Origin: Guillardia theta CCMP2712
Taxonomy: Eukaryota; Protista; Cryptophyta
Assembly: GCF_000315625.1 (NCBI RefSeq)
Contig: NW_005434629.1
Coordinates: 89,726 to 153,725, forward strand
Direction of reading: 5' to 3'
DNA: 64,000 nt
The stretch's first letter is position 1. Every line of letters starts with the position of its first letter. The translations under genes and the position numbers were made by a program. The notes beneath the pieces were generated by a model. That model was not told where the DNA came from. It did no database searches and was given only the letters and a program-made list of their open reading frames with translations. Below, one piece after another: positions 49,913 through 64,000 of the stretch.

Positions 49913-51399
49913 TAGGCCTCGGGTGAGGACCCCACCCCTCTTGGGATCCTGATTCGTTTATGACTGAATCAAGAAGATGGGGTAGGGTGCATCTGGAAGA
50001 AACTTTACAAAGTTTCAGCACCCAACGTGGAAACTTCTGAACTACCGAAGTTCAAGAGTTCAAGAGTTCAAGAGTTGCTCGATTGCGCTTCAAAAAAGAG
50101 TTCTATTACTAAAACACGATAACTATTTTATGTTATCAGTTGTACCTGCAAGATCAGTACTGTAGCTCAGACAGCCCCCGATATCTGGTACACTTTTTAG
50201 ATGTAGACCGACACTGTTTGTAGCACTTTATGTATAATATATATATTTGAAGTTTTACCCCTGGGTCTCACAGAATCAAAAATACCTTTCAGACAATGGT
50301 TAAAATATTTTAACTCCAATTTTAGTCTTATTTTCTATTCTCAAGACGCTTTTGTATAAAAGATTCCATTATTAGGTTGATGACATGACGTAACAGAGTA
50401 TTGCTACCCTGCCCCTACCCCCTATTTTCCATTTACCACCCTACCACAAGTTTCCCAGGGAACAACAGTGGTTGTGAGAAGAAAGGAGGCCGGTGTGTTG
50501 ATGTTTGAATACCCCCACCGATATATTTGAGAACATTGCGTTATACCTACATGGACCCTATCAAATGTATCAAAGTACCGGGTACTAAAAGGATAAGTTA
50601 TCACATGAAGAGACTTTCCGACCGGCTTGTTTCATCGGCATAGAACCCCCCAAACATACCGTACACTCGCCGACATCGCAGGCGTTGGCTTCCACAAACA
50701 GGTACAAAATTGCCATGGCACTTGCTAAATTTCAAAACAGTTCTCTTTTAAAATGAAAATGAGAATTTTATTTTCAAATATTTCTCAGCATCTTTCCGAT
50801 TTGAGACACCTTCATGGAAACTTCTCTGTTCCATTCTCTTTTGGTGTTACAACCCCCATCCAATCCATCACTCTTGTCTCCCCCACCCCCATTGATGTAG
50901 TACCCCACCCCTTACGCCTGTATCCATCACCCAGACAATCAGGGAAAAGTACCCCCTGCCACCTAGCTCTTCTCCACCCCACCCCCTGATCGTATGCCAC
51001 ATTTCCTCCTTCCCGGTCTGTACCTTTGACAGCTAACCCCCCCTGACTGACACCCCCCATGATCCCATGTTGACTACCCCACCTTCGAAACAGTTACCCC
51101 ACCCAATCAGGCTCACCCATACCATCTACATCAAAATAACCCCTCCTTTTGCCTTTACGACGCCCGGTACCCCTTACCCCTACCCCCCAATATCACCCCC
51201 CGTCCCCTTCCCCCGCCTCACGTCCTTTAAAAGGCTCTCGATGCGTCTCTGCACACCACAGCTCTGACGTGAAGCTCGGCTATCCTCTGCTGACCGCTCA
51301 CCGCCCTGCGCTCTTCCCACTCGCTGCATTGTTCACTTCCCCTGAAACCACAGTGCACACATCGCACCTGATCAGACTCCTTTCGACCCACCAAACAAA

Positions 51400-51787
51400 A
51401 TGATGATGGAGGAATTCCTGGTAAACTTCGACAACAAAGCCAAGCCCGTCGCTGCCACCAAGGCCTCTGGGGTATTGTCTTGTCTTTGCTTTGTTTGCAC
51501 TAGGTAACAGATCCGTGCAGGGCGTGCGTATCCCACAGAAACGTACAGTCCGACGAATGCAAGACAACGGTCCGGCTGTGCTACCTAATGAGAAACTTGG
51601 TGAATCTACACCAGATCTTGTTCCGGTCTCCATGGACGTGTCCAGAGTCCAGCCAGCTCGGGAAGCAAATCTGCATATGGCAGAAAGGATGCAATCGCAC
51701 ACACCCAAGATGGAGAAGGCCCCACAGAACTACATGAACAATAGACGTGCTGCGGGACCCCTCCAGCAGCCCCGCCCTGGATTCTAA
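51400..51787 (+). CDS. Death-associated protein 1 (DAP1)-like small protein
   Basis: Two exons (49-nt intron at 51472-51520) give ..ATKASG|GVRIPQK..LQQPRPGF, matching the DAP motifs AVKAGGMRI and IQQPR. Confidence 0.65.
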
Positions 51788-51986
51788 TCTTTGTCTCCGT
51801 GTAAAACATCTGCGATGCTCTTCATTGGGAGGGATGGGTTTGCTTTTCGAGTGTCGCAGCCTTGTAGCTTTTAGTGTTTATGAGTATCATATACATAGCC
51901 CAAAGCTGATAAAACTTTACCTTCGTTGATTCTTTCGAAAAAAAATAAAAAAGAGGTTTAAACAAACAAAAGGCTTCTTCTCTCCC

Positions 51987-57412
<5,426 letters not shown>

Positions 57413-58398
57413 CCTATGATAAAACGAAGCTTCCTCTGCTTCCAGAGGATGTATGTACCAGCAGACAGCCCTCGCGTCGTCAGAACATGTCACACAGGAT
57501 ATGACAGGAACGTGCAGGAGTTACGACAGAGGTATTGTTCGCACGAGGTAGGAGTAGAGCTGCCCTTCGCCTTATGTTGGAGAGAGGTTGGTGTTCGCTT
57601 TTGACCCTGTTCCCTTCCTGTCTCCTCCTCCTCTCCTCCCTTCTGCCATCGGCCTCGCTTCCCCTTGTCTGCACCATCCTGGGTGCGCCCGAAAAATTTG
57701 TCCTTCCGTCGAGGGCTTACATGTTTATCAGATTGCTTGAACATTGCTTGAATTATTTCAAAATCAAGACATCTTGATTTGAAATATGTTACTTTGATTA
57801 ACAAAGGTATGCCCTTGCCGCGATTGTAGATGGAATCAAACACCACTTTCTATCAACGATGGGGTGAAATGGGAATGGATTCTCCCATGAGGTAGGGGTA
57901 GTGATGTTCAGGGGTAGTCTAAATTCTACAATCCACAGGGTTCATGGATATGGACAAATACTTATAGGCTTTACTATAAAATTATTGATAATTAGAGCTA
58001 GGGTTCAAAAAAGGTCGAATATTGATGCGGGACGAAGGGTGGGGGGTGGAGGCCACTGGGGCACCCCCAGTGATTGTTATATGGTGAACAACGGGTAGTA
58101 CATCTGACTCTAGAGGGGGTGGGGGTTATTTTTTCACCGGGTCTATTGTAGATATGTGGTAGGTAGAAATGAGGGTGGGGGTAGTTCTCGAGCTTTGGGA
58201 CCGAGGGAGGTAGAATGAATAGATCAAGGGTGGGGTATATGATGAAATGGATGGGTAGGTAGGTGGTTGTAAATGCTGAAAAGATGGTGGGTATAAGAGG
58301 GTCTTGTTGTGGGGTGGGGTCGGTTTGAAGGAGAGGGTGGGTGTACGACATGTAGGGGTGGGGGTATTCATGTAGTTGGAATCAAGTTGTGGGTGAAA

Positions 58399-59020
58399 AT
58401 GGAGGTGTTGCGGCGTGACGCGCGACATGTGGTACGACGTGCGCTGAGGATGGCGAGGGACTGGAAGCAGATCGTGAGGAAGCGAGAGGAGCGAGACGAC
58501 GAGAAACTCGAGAAAGAGATCGTCTACATCCGGTCGGAAGTGAGGTGAGTTGCGTTCCTAGCGCTGGGTAGGGGCGCAAACGAGAGGGTGCTCGCGGTCA
58601 GGGGTTTGTTGGAGATGCTTTGTCATGTTTGAAACGTTGATGTGTGTTTGAATGTGTGAACAGACTTGTTCCCCTGTGGGATGCCTGTTTGTGTTGTGTG
58701 CTATAGGTTTTGAGGCGCGCTTGAAACCGCGAATGCTCCATTTCCCCCCGCTGGTTGGTGGGCGCTGATTCGTTCGTGTGTGCTCCTGTCGCAGGTCTAC
58801 GGTTGAAGCAAATCGCAACCTCACATCATACTCACAGATCCGAGAAGTCATTCAGAACTCAAATGACAGGGTTGACTTGATATTGCACTATCGTATTCCC
58901 TATCCTCGCTACCATTACGTGTACGACGAGACCAGGGAATTGCAACATGTTGATGGTTCCAACTGCATGGAACTTGAGGGCCATATCTTGGATATTCCAG
59001 TATCTCATAGCAGGACCTGA
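58399..59020 (+). CDS. LYRM1: LYR-motif protein 1-like (mitochondrial)
   Basis: VVRRALRMARDW..YIRSE| then ANRNL..DRVDLILHYRIPYPR, matching the LYRM1 HYxIPYPR motif. Confidence 0.7.
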
Positions 59021-59228
59021 AAAGCTCTTGCAACTCGTTGATTGTACAATACGCTTCTCATGTCAACGTGAGACCGACATCGTAACGTGTCGGTCCGACA
59101 TATCGTAACGTGTGCGCACCATGGCGTGTTAAGGAGCATAGCAGTCTGATGGTGTGGGTGTCTTTGTGAATAAAGGCATGCCGATGGATTCATCTCACAT
59201 TCACATTCGAACATATCGACACTTTCCA

Positions 59229-61727
59229 TCACCTCCCGAAGAACTTCTTTAGCTGCAAGAATCGCTCTTTCATGAACCCGCGAGATGTCTGGGCGGGGCT
59301 GGAGTTGGAGGAGGTGTTGGCGCTCGCTGCCCCCTCGATAGGACTAGTGGTAATGCTCAGTATGAGAACATCGGTCCACACAAGAACACAAGCACTCACC
59401 TCCTCAAGTATCTCCTGACTGGAGTGCTGTGCAGAGAGCGATTGCCCAGGCTGAGAGTGTTCCTCCCCGTTGAGCTGAGGGTTATGGGTGTGAGGGGCAA
59501 GCGACCGAGATGGGGAGAGCACAAACCTCCTGGGGTTCACCATCCTTGTGCTGTAGCGCTCCCTTGAAGCCTCAGCTGTGTATCTTTCGCTCGTTCGACT
59601 GGCCCTGGACAGGAAAATGAACAACATACAAAGTCGGAAGGGGAGGGCAGACCTTTCATGGTGGTTCATCATCACTTGCACGTTTCTGCTTTGTCTAGAC
59701 ACAACAGCGCGATGCTCTTGGGTCTTGCCGGTGCGTATGCTGATGCCCACCACCATCAGCGCCTCTAGGCTAAGATTACAATCGAGACGACCTGATCTTG
59801 CACACAGGGCAGAAATGACTCTCTGAAAGCCATTTGCTCGCACAACTGAAGCGAGCAAGGTCAGCATATCAAAGAAGGGGGTTTAATCTCAAGGCTCACT
59901 TGGAGTGGAATTGATGAAGACATGGGAGAATTTTCACTTCTTGACCGACCTCGTACTCGCACAAGCAGATCAAGCACTGATGACGAGTCAAAAGCGCAAG
60001 GTTCGAAGGAATCAAAGCTTACCTCTGGATTTTCCTCAAAATTTACAATCTGTGCCACAAAAATGTCAGTGGAAAAAGTCTGAAATCGATAGCGACAAGC
60101 CTGGTCCTCTTGTATGGTATACACGGGGAGTTCCTGCAAGGCAGTCAAAACCTGTGCATGCAAGAATCAGATCTCAAACCTCGTGTGAATGGACCCCCGC
60201 GAAGATGGGTTTGTTGAAAGATCGCACTCTGCGCATCGGAATCAAAGGACATTAGAGTTAAGCCGTCCGCTGCCAAACGCTGCCAAACCTTCGGTGAAGC
60301 GCCAGCTCTTCCTCCTGCCACCATCATCACCCGGACACGGATTCGTAACATCACCGTCACCTGCAGCATCATGGCTAACAGCAAGTCCGTCTCTTCCGAG
60401 AAATATGTATCCGCTCTGCACGAAAAATTTCAGATGTCTTGATAAGAAACATGCTCCTCACGGTACCGCTCTGGATGTGGTGACGCTTCATCCAACACCC
60501 CTGCCACCTCAGGATCGCGCCCTGCAGCTTCTTGCCCTCCTGGGTCAGGATGCTCTTCGGATGGTATGAATGTGACGATGTCATTGTCTGATTCGTGATC
60601 ATTGTCCTCAACCGATGCTGCAGAATGATTGCGCCGATCAGTCCGGTACCATTCGATGAGCAAAAAACCGTCACCTTGAGCAGTGGTAGGAGCAACTTCT
60701 ACTGTGCGCAGCTTCGATGACTTGGGACTAATGTTCATCGCCACTTGCTCAGCAGACACCCGGCGAAATCGATCTGAACTGCTCTCCATCGTATCCCCCG
60801 CGTCATCCCGATGGTCATGCACTGCCTCTACAACTCCATCCTCGCTCTCGTTCTCCAACTGATCGGCTGGCATCAATGCCTTCTCTGTGATGTCTCCCGG
60901 AGCATCCGAGGTCATATCTTTCGATCGATCGTTGAGGTCATCCGTTGATTCGTTCTCGCAAATGGCTTGACTGTTCACGTTGGGAGTTTGTTCTGTACAC
61001 GTCGAGCTCATCTTCGGCAGAATCCAAGAGGTGATATTGAAACACTTATTAAGTAGGTTATTACAGCTTCACTTAGAAGCTGGCATGGTCTTGTTAGACA
61101 TTAGACTTCTCTTTCTAACTCCTTCTCGAGCGTCACGGGCAGCCTGCATCGAAGTGTTAGAAACGAGCCCCGTATATACAAAATGTAAGCGTAAATTGTG
61201 CACACGATCGCTAGATTGTTGTATGATTCCGCTCCTGCATGTCTTTCGGCACTCCTCGAGTCATCACCGGTGCTTCAACAAGAAAGGTTGTTGGCAGGCA
61301 AACAGGCAAACAGTGGAAGCAAAAATCAGCCTTATCTCTCAAATCTTAAAGGAATTGGTACAAAGACAAGTTGGGATCTCGTGGTTTCCAAAAAGTCAAG
61401 GGGGCAGACTCTGCATCACGGTCTACATCACTCCCTCCACAGAGTGCGCTTCGTGGACCGCAGGTACAAACCTTACTTCGAGGCTTGAGGCCTCCGATCA
61501 GCGCCTCCTCTTCTGCATCTAGTCCTGTGTACATGCTGGGGCTCGTTTGTTCTAATGTGTCCCCTGCTCTGTTTTGCTTCCTCCCTCCTGATCACTCGGC
61601 ATCGCGGCCCTTCCCCATCGCAACCGCCATTGAAGATGCGCTCATCGCATTGCCCCCGCCCTACCTATCGTTTGAAGGTTGTGAAGTTGAGATCCGGATC
61701 TCAAATTTCAGAAACTGTAAATCCATA
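59229..61727 (-). CDS. Multi-exon hypothetical protein
   Basis: Chain of minus-strand ORFs with short GT-AG introns ending ..QLKKFFGR*; no domain recognised. Confidence 0.45.
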
Positions 61728-62199
61728 TTTCAATATTAACCATAAAATTATGCAAAAATGAATGAAATGATGAAACTTTATGCCACACACAGAAAACAAT
61801 TGCGCGTACAGCAACCCCTCTACCTCTCCTACGTCTCACGGTCATAGGTGTGATAGCCACCAGCCTCAATCATTCCGCTTTACTCAACTAGGACAATAAT
61901 TATGGAAGGCATCAAATCCCTTTCATAGGAGAAGCACTAGGAAAGGGGGAAAAGCTCCAGCTGCCCTTCTCGGTTAATTAGGGTAGGGTATGCACCCTTC
62001 CGAAACATACAAAGGACTTTTAAAACGCTGGTTTTAGAAGCGCGTCCACGTACTCATTCTTAACTTAACTTTGAGTAAACGTTTTAGAGGCAGGCAAGAT
62101 TTCCGGGGGACTCGGGCCGGCCGGCGGGCCCGGACAACCCAGAACTCATACGTCACTGAGCACCATTATCGGGCCCGCCTCAGGCTGCGGTGTCGGGGC

Positions 62200-63445
62200 A
62201 TGTCGCACATGTCGGGGGGGAGGCGGGCCGTATGGCTGCTGGCGCTGTTGATCATGGGGATGGCGATGGCAGGGGCGGGAGCTGGTCATGATGGCGGAAA
62301 CGAAGGAGATGCGCAGAGTGAGGTCAGGAGGCGGATGCAAGAAGCTGATCATGCTCCGCGGGAGAATCCTGGGAGGAAAGGTGAGGCCTGGGCAATGTAG
62401 AGAGGGAGGATGGGAGGGAGAGGGAAGAAGGAAGAAGAAAGCTTTTTCACACCGAGTAACATGAAACGCTCATGTGCCCATGTGCTAGAAAGTGATGTGA
62501 GGATAGGCTCGACTGTGGCTGATGGACGCAAGAACGAGCCATTGACTTCGCCTGTAAGGAGGAGAAGCTATGCGATGCGCCTGCTCCTCTTGCCGAGAGA
62601 CGTGATGGCCTTTTTGGATTTGAAAGCCCCTGACATGCCCATAAGGTGCTTGTGACCGCCCTAAAGAGTGTGGTTGGCTTCTTCGCTGCGGCCAGGGAGG
62701 GCTGCATGGTGTTGAAGGAGTCAAGGGACCCTCAAGCTGGGCGCTGGTAGCTCTTGTTCCTGACTTGACGGGATCCCTCACGAGGATGGCAGGAGGGGGA
62801 TAAGCGTCGTGCTTGTCTACTTCGCGTTCCTCCCTGAGCTGCTGCATCCCATCGAGAACATGTTGAGGTTCCCCCTCGCGGTGTTCTCGCTGTGGTTCTT
62901 CGCATGCCGGTAAGACCGGGGTATCGAGTGCTGCTGAGGGGCTGACAGGATGCGGCTGCAGGTACTGGATGTGATGTGATGTGGACGATGTTGGTTCATC
63001 TCCATACCATCAGCACATCTTCACGAGTTTTGTGATGGATGTCTTGGAGCAAGAGGAGCGAGAAGGAGGGAGGGAGTCGGGGGCGATCGGGAGCGATCGG
63101 CCATGTAGTTTTACTGTTGAGCCACTCTGATGGGACTTTGCGCTGCAGCGCACAAGGAGGAGAAGTCGAAGGATGTAGCAGATATGTACATGTTGAGGAA
63201 ACAAGGTGGTGATTGAACATCTTGCGGAGAGTGAAGAGTCGTCGCCTCTCGACCATCCGTACCGTGTGATGAGATCAACGGCGGTTGGTGATGAAGGCCG
63301 TGTCGTCGGAGTATCGGGCAGACGCCTCCCTGATAGCAATGTAGAGGCAGGCGGAAGGAAGGAGAGAGGTGGGAGGAAGGAGGAGGGAAGGGGATGGTAG
63401 AATGGGAGGATTAGGAGAAAGGAGGACCAGTTGGAGAATAGAGAA

Positions 63446-63513
<68 letters not shown>

Positions 63514-64000
63514 CACAGCGAGGAGCAGGTGGGAGAGGAGATGGAAGTTTAGGAGGAGGGGGGGAGGAGGAGCAGAAAGCATCTCGGTCAGCGATAATCC
63601 GAGGATGGAAAAGAGCTCGTTACCTTCCGGAATGATCGAAGTCCATAGACGATCGCATGCTTCCATCCCTATCAGGGTGACTGATGAAACCAGGAAGCAT
63701 ACTGCGGCAGGTGTGAGGAGGAGCAGGAGGACAAGTAGCAAGTTACCCCTCCTCCTCCTCCTCATGGTGCTCCTCCAACGACACGTCGTTGGATCCTAGG
63801 CATCTCCTGATAGTCTTTGCAAGACATGAGCATCGGCAGGAGGGGAGGAGGGTGGAGAGCAGAGGAAGAGGGCTGCATGGCTGGGGAGCAGGAGGCCAGA
63901 GGAGGAGGTGGAATGGAATGAGGAAGACCTTGTCGACTACAGGAGGGGATAGGAAACGTGAAAACAAGACAGAGAGACGCGGGGTGAGGAAGAGAGGGGC
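62200..64000. CDS. Hypothetical coding region(s); strand and exon structure unresolved
   Basis: Signal-peptide-like plus-strand start (AVWLLALLIMGMAMAG) near 62200; exon-like segments on both strands further right. Confidence 0.3.
63448..63513. repeat. (CAG)n microsatellite
   Basis: Direct reading. Confidence 0.95.

Overview
Eukaryotic nuclear DNA: GC-rich and gene-dense, with many short (~50 nt) GT-AG introns, some expanded by GGA/CCT/CTCCTG/CAG microsatellites, and three N-gaps. Bipartite signal+transit peptides indicate an alga with a complex red-derived plastid; cryptophyte-like (Guillardia/Hanusia type) is my inference, not established. Recognisable genes: a Zn2Cys6+PHD protein, a Trm11-like tRNA methyltransferase, a CENP-B-type HTH protein, NAC-beta/BTF3, a Zn2Cys6 transcription factor, two inverted Nudix hydrolase paralogues, the 3' half of RRS1, a Tat-targeted thylakoid lumen protein (5' half), a plastid long-chain acyl-CoA/ACP synthetase, PRP40, a GT41/OGT-like TPR protein, a plastid GNAT-like protein, a DAP1-like small protein, a RAP-domain protein and LYRM1. 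The most unusual locus is a Crinkler-type NTPase + PD-(D/E)xK nuclease gene (9423-11620, minus). It has a signal peptide and a single in-frame UAG, and its downstream flank carries a perfect 22-nt antisense copy of coding sequence lying just after that UAG. The window also has recurrent non-coding GC-rich islands, several bounded by a conserved oriented AACTTTGAGTA motif. Gene boundaries were read by eye and many exon limits are approximate.
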